A stretch of DNA of 64,000 bases from an uncultured virus (IMG/VR IMGVR_UViG_3300031539_000016) (lineage: Duplodnaviria > Heunggongvirae > Uroviricota > Caudoviricetes), in IMG/VR virus record IMGVR_UViG_3300031539_000016, one strand, 5' to 3'. Every line of letters starts with the position of its first letter. The first letter of the stretch is position 1. The notes below the pieces were generated by a model. It did no database searches. It was not told the DNA's origin and saw nothing but the letters and a program-made list of their open reading frames with translations. Positions 9,664-20,473 of the stretch are shown piece after piece. Made by a program: the position numbers and the translations under genes.

Positions 9664-9757
9664 ATCCACTAAGAGATACAACCACTTATGTCTACATCGT
9701 GTGAGCCCCCTTTTAGAGCTCTGGGGTACTCAGTGACGATGTGTGTAGGTAATATCC
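9664..9757 (-). ncRNA. structured hairpin element, copy 1
   Basis: 60-nt core 48/60 identical to copy 2, with three compensatory pairs; strand inferred from gene context. Confidence 0.65.
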
Positions 9758-10300
9758 TTTAGTGGGTGGGGGAGACCCTATGCCTCCCCCGGCCCTGGTT
9801 GGAAGTTATGCAATCACCATCTTGCGAAGGACGAGGTTACCCTTCCTAACCTCTTTAAACAGTTTATCTGTGCGTGTAGTAGACGCAACCAATCTGACGA
9901 GGTTTCGTTCCATGTTACTAAATGTAATAAAACCCCTCTTTTTACTGTCATTAGTGCGCTTACCCTCGATTGCTGGTTTAATCAGGTCTCTATAGATATT
10001 ACCTCTCATCTTGTATCTCCTCTAATTCTTTGATGAGTGCATCTGTGGGATGTTCCTCATCTATGTTATTGTCAATCCTATTCTCCTCGTCGAGGTAATA
10101 GGCCCCTTCACCGATGTCGTCTAAGAAATCAAATTCCATAATACCTCCTATAGACGGGCTAGTAATGTTGCATGTTGTTGTTTGTGACCGCAGTGTGGAC
10201 ATACTACAGTTGCGATCGTGTCATCCTCTTTAAGAGGAAACCCTTTACCACAGTGTTCACATGATAACATTTATATCACCTCCTTCCGTATTTGGTTTTC

Positions 10301-10399
10301 ATCCACTTATATGAATACAGCATGGTTTTCTACACCGTGTGAAACCTCTTATGTTGCTCTGAGGTATTCAGTGACGGTGTTTGTAGGTTAAATGTATCC
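10301..10399 (-). ncRNA. structured hairpin element, copy 2
   Basis: homologous to 9664-9757 with covariation; strand inferred from gene context. Confidence 0.65.
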
Positions 10400-10554
10400 A
10401 TAATAGGGGGATGAATCCCCTTTCTTCTGTTAAAGGTTATTTGATAGAGACGGGGCTATAACCTTTATATATAAGTTTATTTACATACACTGTATAATAT
10501 GGGGTCCCTATTACGATAAATTTGAGCCAATCTGTCTTTTCGACTACGATATAT

Positions 10555-10583
10555 CTAGCAAAAAAGCAAAAATATTCTATAAT
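10555..10583 (+). promoter_or_regulatory. phage promoter CTAGCA-N17-TATAAT (copy 1)
   Basis: same motif and exact 17-nt spacer at six sites upstream of genes. Confidence 0.8.
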
Positions 10584-10637
10584 ACTATTAAGTGGTAATA
10601 TTTAATGAATTACACTATCTATTAGAGGAGGAATACT

Positions 10638-11186
10638 ATGAAAGCTCTAAAAAACACACTTCTATTGGTATTATGCTCCCTATTTCTATTATCGGCTTGC
10701 GCAGGGTTACAACCTAATAAGCCTGTTGTAACTAACTCTACACCGGAGGAAGTAAAATCACCGGAGCACCCACCCTTAGATTTCTATGTTAAACACGATT
10801 GTTGGAGGAGCTCGTTCAACCCACATGAGGTTCTGCAATATTGGGCAAAGCTAGATGATCGACAGATTAGTGAAACGATGCTTTTGGTTATTGTAGGAAA
10901 CCCAAAAATAAATTGGGAACGAGACTACCAAATAGGAACAAACTATTCAGACATGCCAGTACCAGCAGGGGAAATAACATCAGCTGTTATATTTGCCTTT
11001 ATACGAGTAGATATATCAACAATAGAATTAGCGGTTTTTGGTTATAAAGATAAAGACGATATTTCTTATACATACAGATGGTCAAAAACAGATAATTGCT
11101 ATCTATTACACCCGGCAGCTGATCAAGCTGCTTGCTTTAATAATAACTATTTTGTTGCTAAATTAATTGATCCTACCGATAGATAA
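10638..11186 (+). CDS. putative lipoprotein
   Basis: signal peptide with LSAC lipobox. Confidence 0.65.
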   Translation: MKALKNTLLLVLCSLFLLSACAGLQPNKPVVTNSTPEEVKSPEHPPLDFYVKHDCWRSSFNPHEVLQYWAKLDDRQISETMLLVIVGNPKINWERDYQIGTNYSDMPVPAGEITSAVIFAFIRVDISTIELAVFGYKDKDDISYTYRWSKTDNCYLLHPAADQAACFNNNYFVAKLIDPTDR

Positions 11187-11226
11187 TATTGTGGGGGAGT
11201 AATCTCCCCCAACTATTATATTTTAT

Positions 11227-11255
11227 CTAGCAAAATTTCTAAAATATTCTATAAT
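11227..11255 (+). promoter_or_regulatory. phage promoter CTAGCA-N17-TATAAT (copy 2)
   Basis: CTAGCA aaatttctaaaatattc TATAAT, just after a GGGGGAG-taat-CTCCCCC hairpin. Confidence 0.8.
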
Positions 11256-13401
11256 ACCTATAAAGTAGATAATATATAAAGGGGGGGGATGCATGAATTA
11301 CTCAATATTACACACAGTTCGGGATAAGGGATATGAACGCAGTCCACGCACCTCAACCATTGAGGTCAGCGGTAATACTCTTAGAGTAGATGACCAAGGG
11401 CATTTATTTGTAGAATATATAAGAGAAGATGAAAAAGGAAATCAGCGCAAAACTGTGAGTGCGGTTTTCAAGGATTGGGAAAGAGCAGTGCCAGTGCCTG
11501 TGTATCCTTCTAGTGCTACTTCATCTATTTCAAGCGCTTCAAAGAAAGGACCAGGAAAATTGGTATTAAATAAGGAGAAATAATATGAAACCAAGGGGTG
11601 GAGACAAAAAACCCACTATAGAAGAAGGACCAATAAAATTACCTATTTAAAAACCAGATACCGGAGGAGAATTTAAAATGGATTACGCAAAAGTATATGA
11701 ATATGAAGTAGTTTATGGAGATCCAGGAGAAGATAATACCATAGTGCTAGAAGCAGACGAGGTTTCAGTAACTAATTCCGGATATTTATTTCTAAATTTA
11801 AATAGAAAGACTGTAATGGGATTTAGGAGATGGCAAAAATTGACAAAATTGGATGCCAGAGGAGAATAATCAAATGAGAATTAAACTAGATAGTAATGTT
11901 TTACCTGTAATAGTTGTAATACTTATAGTATTATTTCTATTTATTAATACTAATTGTGCAGGAACTCAGATTAAGCCCGTAGAAAAAATACCCGTGACTT
12001 TCATAAATGAAAATCCGGGGGTAACACAACTAGGTTTGGTTAAGTTTATAATAGATAAGAACGGAGAAAAAGTAGATTATAAATTGATGAACTTACGCTG
12101 GGATTACAAATTGTATGTAGTAGACTTGGAACCAGGGGTATACGGGGTAACCCAGTGGGCACCAGAAATAGATAAAGTAGTAGCATACCAAACGATTACT
12201 GTGGGTAAATTCCCTATGATAGTAAAATTTCAAAGGATATTCTAATGAAAATATTAAGTATGGATGAACATGAAGATGGATCAGCCACTCTAAGTATAGA
12301 TTGTACAGATGAAGAAGTAGAATTTCTAATAGGCTACGCAATAAGGGATATATTGAGAAAGTCTATAAACAATGAGAATTAAAAGGATAAAAGGAGAATA
12401 AAATGGAGTGGTTACCCGGTATAATAATACTAGTATTTATACTATTAATTATATATGTATCATGGGCAGAACGATATCATAATAAAAAAATGAAAAAATT
12501 GGCAGAAGCAAATCCTGAGCTTGTGTCACCTGTAGTTATGCCAAACGGTAGCGCACCAGTACTAAAGTGCAAATGCGGAAGGAAGATTATTATATAAATG
12601 TTTGAAGATATTTTAGGAAAAGACAAAAGATATGTAAAGACAGAAATGTGGCTATTAGGTATAAACACAGAAGATTACGAAGTAGAAGTGTTTAATGTAG
12701 GAAAAAATAATGATGGAGGCCTGGAAGGGTATATTAAGGATAGTACATATGTAATAGATAGATATACTAATTATACTATACAAATGCCTAAAACGCCACA
12801 CCATGTAATTAGAATAATAGTACTAAGAGTAAACGAACATACATTGAAATTTTACGTACCAAAGATTAAATAGATGGAGTTAATAGCTTATTTATGTGTA
12901 ATTGCATTATACTGTAATATCTTTGGATCAGGTGTTTTGTTTTTAGAATTTATCAGATTAGAAATAGCGGAGGCATGGAAAAATGTTCGAGGATCTGGTA
13001 AGACAGAAAAAAGTACCAATAGAGAAACAAATTGAAAGCTGCCCGTATTGTGGTTCTTATATCATACAAAGAAGTGAAAAAAGATGTACAATGGACGACA
13101 AATGGACTCAAAAAACAACATGTAGGTTATGTAATAAAAACTGGACTTTAGTATACAACGAAGACCAGACGCCGTCTCATATAATATTAGACAAACATAG
13201 GAAAAATAAAAAATGAGTATAGCACTAATATTGAGTATAATAGTATTTATAGGAATATGGATACTAAGTTTGGTAATATTTGGATTCACTTTTGAAATCT
13301 TCGTAATAGGAGGAGTAGTATCAGCTATACTTAGTGTACTATATTATAGATTACTAATGTATATAGTATATAAAGATAAAAAAAATGTGGAGGAATGTTA
13401 A

Positions 13402-14016
13402 ATGGGATTAAATGGTGTATATTATGACGAAGTAAAATACTGGAATGCACGTAAAAATCCAGTATCACCAGATGGACGAAAAGAAGTTGTTACATGGATC
13501 ACACACCACTTAAAGGGAGCTGAGTCTATATTAGACTTTGGGCCAGGTATAGGTGGAACATTTTCTGCTTATCACAATGCAAAACAAGTAAATACTGTTG
13601 ATATTTCTACATTATATTATGATCAGTTATGTAAAGAAGCAAAAAAGTACCCATTTAAGTTATCCACACTACTTTTATCTCAACCAGAAGATGCTACACA
13701 TTTACCATTTGAGACAAATTCACATGATTTTGCGGTTACTAGTCAAGTAATTCTTCATATGAAACCTCATTATGTCAATGAAGTTCTGATTGAATTAGGC
13801 CGTATTGCAAAAGAAGTTGCAGTTATCACATATATGGATCCAAAATTTGAATATGACACTAGTAATACAAGTTATCCAAAAGATAGATATTGTTTTAACT
13901 ATAATATACCCAAAATGTGTAAAGATCTCAAACTAATAACTAGGAATGTAAAATTTGAACGTAGAAATGTGTGGTTAATTTATTCAAAAATAGAAAGAAC
14001 TGGGGAGATATATTAA
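13402..14016 (+). CDS. class I SAM-dependent methyltransferase
   Basis: ILDFGPGIG motif I, VDIS, LPFETNSHD, VILHM. Confidence 0.8.
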   Translation: MGLNGVYYDEVKYWNARKNPVSPDGRKEVVTWITHHLKGAESILDFGPGIGGTFSAYHNAKQVNTVDISTLYYDQLCKEAKKYPFKLSTLLLSQPEDATHLPFETNSHDFAVTSQVILHMKPHYVNEVLIELGRIAKEVAVITYMDPKFEYDTSNTSYPKDRYCFNYNIPKMCKDLKLITRNVKFERRNVWLIYSKIERTGEIY

Positions 14017-14950
14017 ATGGGAAAGCTTAAATGTAAATGTGGATTACCTGCGCATGTTATGATAAAAGCAAAAGCATATTGTTTAAAATGTGCTCCTAAA
14101 CCAGAACCTAAACCAGAAAAGGCAGTAAAACCGAAGGAACGTCCAAAACCACCAGCTAACAGGGTAATAAAAAAGAATAAACAATCTATAGAATCATGTA
14201 TAGATAAAATTGGCCCAAAAATAAAACCCACGCCGCCCACACCACCAAAAAAGAAGCCGTGGTGGAAAAGATTGTTTGGTATTTAATAATTATTTGAAGC
14301 AGAGGCGTACTTAAAATGAAAAAGCCAGAACCAGTAAAAGAACCAGATTTAACAAAACTAAAAGAAATAACGAGTGAGTTTATCAATAGTATTATAGATG
14401 AAACGTGTTCAAAAGAAAATTATGCTGGGGTAGCTCAATATTGTATATTTGTAGTTGCTATGAAAACAATTTATGGGGATGACGTATTTACATGGATACG
14501 TGATAACGAATAGTATAATTATTTGAAACAGGAGTATTTAAAATGAGTGTATTACAAATAGCAATACTAATTCATGTAGTAGGGTTTATAATACATATAG
14601 GATTCTTTAGATTCTTTGAGAATTTCTATAAATACATAAAGGACCGTGTAGGCGTAATACCTACAGCTTGGTGCTTTCTATGGCCTATATGTTGGTTTGG
14701 ACTTATTATTTACTATATAGTTGAAGGCATAATAAAAGGAACACAGCTTATTTACTATTCAGTAGAATATATCGTTAGCGGACAATGGAACTATGAATAA
14801 CCATTTTTACCCGCGCTAATTTCTGTATGTGACTACTGAGTAGTGTGTGTTATCGTGGTGTTAAGTGCTTTACCATATATTTAAAAACAGAAATAAACAA
14901 GGAAAAATTCAAGGCACCGTGGTCGGCGAGCTTAAAAACTAAAACAAAAC

Positions 14951-14979
14951 CTAGCAAAACCCCAAAAATATTCTATAAT
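14951..14979 (+). promoter_or_regulatory. phage promoter CTAGCA-N17-TATAAT (copy 3)
   Basis: CTAGCA aaaccccaaaaatattc TATAAT. Confidence 0.8.
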
Positions 14980-15853
14980 AACTATGAAAAAAATTTGGAG
15001 GATATAGAATGACAGACAACCAGGACAAGGACAAGGATGCTAAGGATAAAGAACTTTTAGAAAAAATATTTTGTTTGGAATCAGAAGAAGAACCACAATC
15101 TTGGCAAGCCTGGAAGGCAGGTGAATCGGATTATAAGCCTTTTAGTTTGCAGTTCAGTGGGTGTAATAAAGATGGCAGTCTATTCTTGGAAAAATGCCAC
15201 GTTTGTGGGCATGAACTGTTAATGTGTAAGAAATATGGAGGGCAGTGTATCAGCAGTAAATGCCGTGAGGCACGAATTGAGGAAAAGGAGAAATAGAAAT
15301 GAATATATTTGGATGGAGAAGTGATGCGGTAATGGCGCTTAAAGTATGTAATGATGAATTAAGAAGATTACATAAGTTATTAGGTAGTAATCATTTAGAT
15401 TTTGATATGACTAAAACAGAATTAATGGATCGAATTGTAAAACTGCAAGATACTGTAAACGAGGGTGTAAGAAAACTCTGTGGTTTAGAATATTAATGGT
15501 TCGCCAATTGAGGTTAGATAAAGTTAAATAGGGAGAATAAAAATGGAACCAAGCAGTACATATTTAGTGTTGTCTTATGTTGGGCCACTTTGTGGAATCG
15601 TGGGGTTTATAATTACACCCGGGTTAACCCATATTAGGCCATGGTTAATGGAAAAGCTTAATCCATCCAAGAAAGCACTAACTGAATCAATGTTATCTAA
15701 GAATTATAACACCATGTCACCAACAGAATTGTTACAAGAAAAAGTGGTTTTTGATAATAATTATAGGTTTGATTTACGAGCAAAAATTCGTGCTTGTAAA
15801 AAAGAATTGAATATAGCTAGCCTACAATATCTAAAAAACATGGTGGTTAATTA

Positions 15854-16405
15854 ATGATTTATTTTATTGATGGTGCTTTAATAGCTGAGCAAGGAGAAGT
15901 TAGAGTCTATGATATGGAAGGCCTTAAGTATCTTGAAATAGGTCCTGGGCATAATCTTTGGATGGTTGAAAGTGAAATAGAGGAATTATCTCAACAAATA
16001 GGGAATTCCCCGCATGGAAAATGTTTAGAGGTAGGACTAGGTCTTGGAATAGCTTCGAAATATATTCTATCATTTTCTGAAGTAGAATCTCTTACTACTG
16101 TTGAAATAAACCCAGATGTTATTACTGTACAAGCATGGGTCAATGAAATAAATGATCCTAGACATAAAGTAATAAATATGAATGGATTAGATTTTATATT
16201 ACAATCAGAAGAAAAATATGACTTTATATTTTTCGATCACTATTCTATAATAGATGAAGAAACTTTGAATATATTAGATATTTATATAAAAGCAGCGAAA
16301 AAAATACTGGCTAATGGGGGTACAATGTTAGGATGGTTTGACCCCTTTACGCCGGAAGAAAGTGCAAATATATTTTTTGGTATTTTTAAAAACCCTGTAT
16401 ACTAA
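15854..16405 (+). CDS. spermidine-synthase-like SAM-dependent methyltransferase
   Basis: CLEVGLGLG, LTTVEINPDVI, KYDFIFFD. Confidence 0.75.
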   Translation: MIYFIDGALIAEQGEVRVYDMEGLKYLEIGPGHNLWMVESEIEELSQQIGNSPHGKCLEVGLGLGIASKYILSFSEVESLTTVEINPDVITVQAWVNEINDPRHKVINMNGLDFILQSEEKYDFIFFDHYSIIDEETLNILDIYIKAAKKILANGGTMLGWFDPFTPEESANIFFGIFKNPVY

Positions 16406-16435
16406 CAGGCTAATAAACAAAAGGAGAAATAAGAA

Positions 16436-16744
16436 ATGGCAAAAATTAAAGATGTAAAATTAAGTTTTCCGCCTTCACCATCGACAGACGTTGTGAGTTA
16501 TAAGATTTATATTGAAGCAGTGCCAACTGAGGTAACCCACGATTCTCAAAGTTATGATCTTGGAGACAACACCACTGACATCCTATTAAATACAATTCTT
16601 GGGACTATAGATGGGGTATTTAACTTAGGTGTAGTTGCCGTAGATGATGTGGGCAATGAGTCTGATTTTAGTTTGTTAAGCGACGTCCCTTTAGATTTCG
16701 TCCCTCCGGAACCACCTGGGGCACTTACCATTACATTATCATAA
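16436..16744 (+). CDS. fibronectin type III-like small protein
   Basis: SPSTDVVSYKIY ... VVAVDDVGNES; paralog at 21648. Confidence 0.65.
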   Translation: MAKIKDVKLSFPPSPSTDVVSYKIYIEAVPTEVTHDSQSYDLGDNTTDILLNTILGTIDGVFNLGVVAVDDVGNESDFSLLSDVPLDFVPPEPPGALTITLS

Positions 16745-16747
16745 CAG

Positions 16748-16790
16748 GTATAGTTGCCGCAATAATAGCGGCAGCTATACTTTTATTTTA
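16748..16790 (+). terminator. intrinsic terminator
   Basis: GTATAGTTGCCGC-aataata-GCGGCAGCTATAC followed by TTTTATTTT. Confidence 0.8.
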
Positions 16791-16810
16791 GTATCTGGGA
16801 GGGACTATTT

Positions 16811-17422
16811 ATGAAAAAACTGATAAAAATATCTCTCATAATAAGTCTTATTGTATTTTTTATAGCAACCCCTGTATTGTCAGCAGTTAAATACGATTAT
16901 GTAACTTATTATATGCTAACAAGTGACAACATTACTGTAGCATGGGATAATGATAATGCGGGAACAATACTATTTGATCTAAATATTAAACGGGTTGAAT
17001 GGGATGAGGTAGTTAATACATATATAAATATAGAAGCTACTGAATACACTATTACTCTACCAAGAGCTGGGCTATATACTATTATGGTTAGAGCTAAAAG
17101 ATCCCTTACAACAGCAGAAACTACTTTTGTAAATGGAATGGACAGAGCGGCGTTGTTACAATTTATTCAAGATAATAATATAGCAGCCGATGTGGGAGAT
17201 ACTACTAATTTAACAGACCAAGAAATAAAAGACGCAATTATAGCAGCTGGAAAAGCGAGCACTTGGGCTGAGTCAATAACACACGGTCAAGTAGACGGGG
17301 TTGCTCGAGGTTGGTGGTTATATGGATATATTGCAAAACCAGGCCCAATTATTATTGGAAGTACTAGGGAATTAGTACAGGTTGATACTGTGTGGATAAA
17401 AGGTAATTGGACAAGCCTGTAG
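16811..17422 (+). CDS. secreted FN3-like protein
   Basis: signal peptide; ITVAWD ... GLYTIMVRA. Confidence 0.55.
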   Translation: MKKLIKISLIISLIVFFIATPVLSAVKYDYVTYYMLTSDNITVAWDNDNAGTILFDLNIKRVEWDEVVNTYINIEATEYTITLPRAGLYTIMVRAKRSLTTAETTFVNGMDRAALLQFIQDNNIAADVGDTTNLTDQEIKDAIIAAGKASTWAESITHGQVDGVARGWWLYGYIAKPGPIIIGSTRELVQVDTVWIKGNWTSL

Positions 17423-17650
17423 GGGATTTTTAATTTTGAAGCTAAAAGCAAGTAGATATTATCAGAACATGATCCAATTAATAGGATCTAGTGCGGAAAT
17501 CATTCTTTTTCTCGGCGGATTTTTCATGGGTAAAGAAATGTTTGTAATTGCTTTTGCTTTATTGGGATTGCGGGTTATAAGTAAAGTTGCTATTTCAGAG
17601 TTTATGTATAAAAGAATGGCAGCACAAATAAAAGAAGGAAAACCAGATCA

Positions 17651-18316
17651 GTGAAAATATGTTGGGATAATTTGGAAAAACTTATATATAGGCCTGTTAG
17701 GGGTGAATGGCAGAATAGGAAGCAAAAAAATACTTTCTATATTTATAAAGATGTTTGTAAAACTTGCGAGGATCCATTTTTAACACATAAAGGTAAAAGA
17801 GGAATTTTTTGCAGTAAATCTTGTGCACAAATCGGAGAAAATAATCCACAGTATAATAAAAAACGATCTGAAAAACATAGAAAAGGATTGAGCGAATCAA
17901 ATAAAGATAAAATTATATCAGAAAAAACTAAGAAAAAAATTAGTAAAGCATTAATTGGCAAAACCCCTTCTGAAAAAACAAGAAAAAAACTAAGTGAAGC
18001 GAAGATTGGTGAAAACCATTGGAATTGGCAAGGTGGAATCTCCTGTGAACCATATTGTGGTAGTTGGTTAGATAAAGAATTCAAAATGGATATAAAGGAC
18101 ATAGATAATAATGTATGCCAAAGTTGTGGTATTACAAGGATGATTAGTTTGAAAGTTTTTTCTGAAAATTTATCTATTCACCATATAAATTATGACAAGA
18201 AGGATTGTAAACCATTCAATTTAGTAACATTGTGCCGTTCTTGTAATTCAAAAGCAAATTATAATAGAGATTATTGGCAAACTTATTATATTAAAATTAA
18301 ACAGAAGGAAATTTAA
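17651..18316 (+). CDS. NUMOD3 + HNH homing endonuclease
   Basis: SEKTKKKIS / SEKTRKKLS repeats; CQSCG...IHHINY...NLVTLCRSCN. Confidence 0.85.
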   Translation: MKICWDNLEKLIYRPVRGEWQNRKQKNTFYIYKDVCKTCEDPFLTHKGKRGIFCSKSCAQIGENNPQYNKKRSEKHRKGLSESNKDKIISEKTKKKISKALIGKTPSEKTRKKLSEAKIGENHWNWQGGISCEPYCGSWLDKEFKMDIKDIDNNVCQSCGITRMISLKVFSENLSIHHINYDKKDCKPFNLVTLCRSCNSKANYNRDYWQTYYIKIKQKEI

Positions 18317-18318
18317 AA

Positions 18319-18828
18319 ATGGATAAAATTATATTATTAAATAGTGATTACTCGTTTTTAAATATTGTTGACTGGAAGAAATCTTTCGCTTTATTAATAA
18401 AGAATAAAGTCGAGGTGTTGAAATATAGCACCGGTGTGATTAAAACTGCAGCGGGTAAATTTTTGAAAGTACCATTAATTATAAGGTTAATAAAATTAAT
18501 CAGAACTATATACCGAACAAAGGTACCTTTTTCCAAGAAAAATGTACTTATTCGAGACGGGTTTAAATGTTCATATTGTGGTATGACAAAAGGTAGACTT
18601 ACGATTGACCATGTGTTTCCAAAATCAAGAGGAGGAAAATCCACATTTGAAAATTGTACCGCGGCTTGCAAAAAGTGTAATAATAAAAAAGAAAATTTGA
18701 CGTGTTTAGAATCAAAAATGTTTCCTAATACAAAATTAGTTGCTCCTACTATATCAGAATTTTTAAGAATGAAAATGCAAACACTTGGTATTGATAATGT
18801 TCTTAAAGAGTTATGGGGCGAAATATAA
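18319..18828 (+). CDS. HNH endonuclease (McrA-like)
   Basis: RDGFKCSYCG, TIDHVFPKSRGG, NCTAACKKCNNKK. Confidence 0.9.
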   Translation: MDKIILLNSDYSFLNIVDWKKSFALLIKNKVEVLKYSTGVIKTAAGKFLKVPLIIRLIKLIRTIYRTKVPFSKKNVLIRDGFKCSYCGMTKGRLTIDHVFPKSRGGKSTFENCTAACKKCNNKKENLTCLESKMFPNTKLVAPTISEFLRMKMQTLGIDNVLKELWGEI

Positions 18829-18839
18829 GGAGAATCTAA

Positions 18840-19373
18840 ATGAAAAAACTATTAATGTTAGGATTAGTATTAGTATTCGCATTTGGAATTACTTTTATTA
18901 GCGGCGCATCAGATCAAAATAAGGTTGAAAAACTGATGTCAACTATAAAGTCAGGAGAAGTTAATCTCTGGAATGATGTTGGTAATAAAGTAATACGCAT
19001 TCATGAGAATACGGGTAATCATGACCACTTTAAAACCACGTACAAAAGACATTATGCTATTATAGACAGGGGCCCAAGCGGTGATGAATGTTTAACTATT
19101 GTAGTAAGGGATTACCAAGAATATTATACATCGCATGATGCTAGAGGATTTATATTAATAGCCTTAGTTGATTACGACAAGGATGGGAAAGTAGACGATT
19201 GGCGTAAAGATTACGTAATATTACTGGATGAGTCTACTATTTTGATACCTCGTTATCCAGAAGGATATTTAAATCAAGATTGGTTTAAACTTACACAAGA
19301 AGAAGTGCAGAAAATATTTGATGCGGAATTAGATTACATTTTGGATAATATTGACAAAGCTAAAAAAGGATAA
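18840..19373 (+). CDS. secreted hypothetical protein
   Basis: signal peptide; DYDKDGKVD Ca-binding-like loop. Confidence 0.55.
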   Translation: MKKLLMLGLVLVFAFGITFISGASDQNKVEKLMSTIKSGEVNLWNDVGNKVIRIHENTGNHDHFKTTYKRHYAIIDRGPSGDECLTIVVRDYQEYYTSHDARGFILIALVDYDKDGKVDDWRKDYVILLDESTILIPRYPEGYLNQDWFKLTQEEVQKIFDAELDYILDNIDKAKKG

Positions 19374-19386
19374 TAGGGGGTAAAAA

Positions 19387-20334
19387 ATGCTAATACCTGG
19401 GATAATAGTTGGAGCTATAGTTATTGTAGCGGCAATAGTAATATTTATAGTTAAAAAGAAAAATAATGGTGGGGATGATTATGAGTATGATGGTGATTAT
19501 GATGTTAAGATAACCCCAGATACTTCAGACAGGCCCCCTAGAAAAAAAGCATTATTAGTGGGGATTAATAACTATATGGAGCCAGGCAATGATTTACTGG
19601 GGTGTGTAAATGATACAGAAACAATGTATAGTTTGTTGATTAATCAATTTAAATTTGATCCAGCAAATATACGTATTCTAGTAGATGAAAGAGCTACTAA
19701 AAAAGGAATTCTAGAAAGATTGGAGTGGTTGCTTGATAAATATAAGATAGGAGACGAATTGGTGTTTCATTATTCAGGCCACGGTAGTCAAGTTAGAGAT
19801 AGAAACGGTGATGAGTTGGATGATCAGTTAGATGAAATTCTATGTCCACATGATTTGAATTGGGATGATCCTTTAACCGATGATTATCTTGGTATTTTAT
19901 TCAAACAAATACCAGAAGGTGTTTATCTAACCATGCTGTGTGATTCTTGCCATAGTGGTACTATAACTAAAAACATATCTGATATTCATAGGGCTAAATC
20001 AAAAAGTATTTTACCACCATTTGATATAAGAGCAAGATCTTTATATAGAATACTACCTAAAAATAAAATGGGTAGAAAAAATAAGGATATAGCGACACAA
20101 AGACACGTATTAATGTCTGGATGTAAAGATTCCCAAACCTCTTCTGATAACTATATTAATGGCAAGTATCAAGGCGCATTTACATGGGCATTGGGTACAG
20201 TTATTAAAAATAATCCTGATACTACATGGGTAAAAGCCCATGAAGATACAGTGAACTTACTGAGTGATTATAGTCAGGATCCTCAACTTAGCGGTGACGC
20301 TAATGTGATTTTACGTAAAGTATTTGGAGGATAA
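19387..20334 (+). CDS. metacaspase / peptidase C14 with N-terminal transmembrane anchor
   Basis: ALLVGINNY, L.GCVND, FHYSGHG (His), CDSCHSG (Cys), GAFT. Confidence 0.9.
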   Translation: MLIPGIIVGAIVIVAAIVIFIVKKKNNGGDDYEYDGDYDVKITPDTSDRPPRKKALLVGINNYMEPGNDLLGCVNDTETMYSLLINQFKFDPANIRILVDERATKKGILERLEWLLDKYKIGDELVFHYSGHGSQVRDRNGDELDDQLDEILCPHDLNWDDPLTDDYLGILFKQIPEGVYLTMLCDSCHSGTITKNISDIHRAKSKSILPPFDIRARSLYRILPKNKMGRKNKDIATQRHVLMSGCKDSQTSSDNYINGKYQGAFTWALGTVIKNNPDTTWVKAHEDTVNLLSDYSQDPQLSGDANVILRKVFGG

Positions 20335-20406
20335 ACAACTGATTTTATAGAGATTGTCAGGTCGGCGGTCTCTATGCCTGGTATTCCATAAAAGAACTTC
20401 GCTACC

Positions 20407-20442
20407 GGGGGAGCAGTTGTGCAGCTGCTCCCCTACTTTTTT
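20407..20442 (+). terminator. intrinsic terminator
   Basis: GGGGAGCAG...CTGCTCCCC stem followed by a T run. Confidence 0.8.
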
Positions 20443-20444
20443 AT

Positions 20445-20473
20445 CTAGCAAAATCTTAATTTTATTCTATAAT
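20445..20473 (+). promoter_or_regulatory. phage promoter CTAGCA-N17-TATAAT (copy 4)
   Basis: CTAGCA aaatcttaattttattc TATAAT. Confidence 0.8.

Noticed and set aside
991..9995. + strand ORFs overlapping the leftward genes, and - strand ORFs in the rightward region
   Set aside because: Antisense shadows of real genes or tRNAs, with no SD or recognisable motifs.
14911..14935. GGCACCGTGGTCGG resembling a tracrRNA 3' hairpin
   Set aside because: Short imperfect match with no anti-repeat, nexus or cas9; likely chance.
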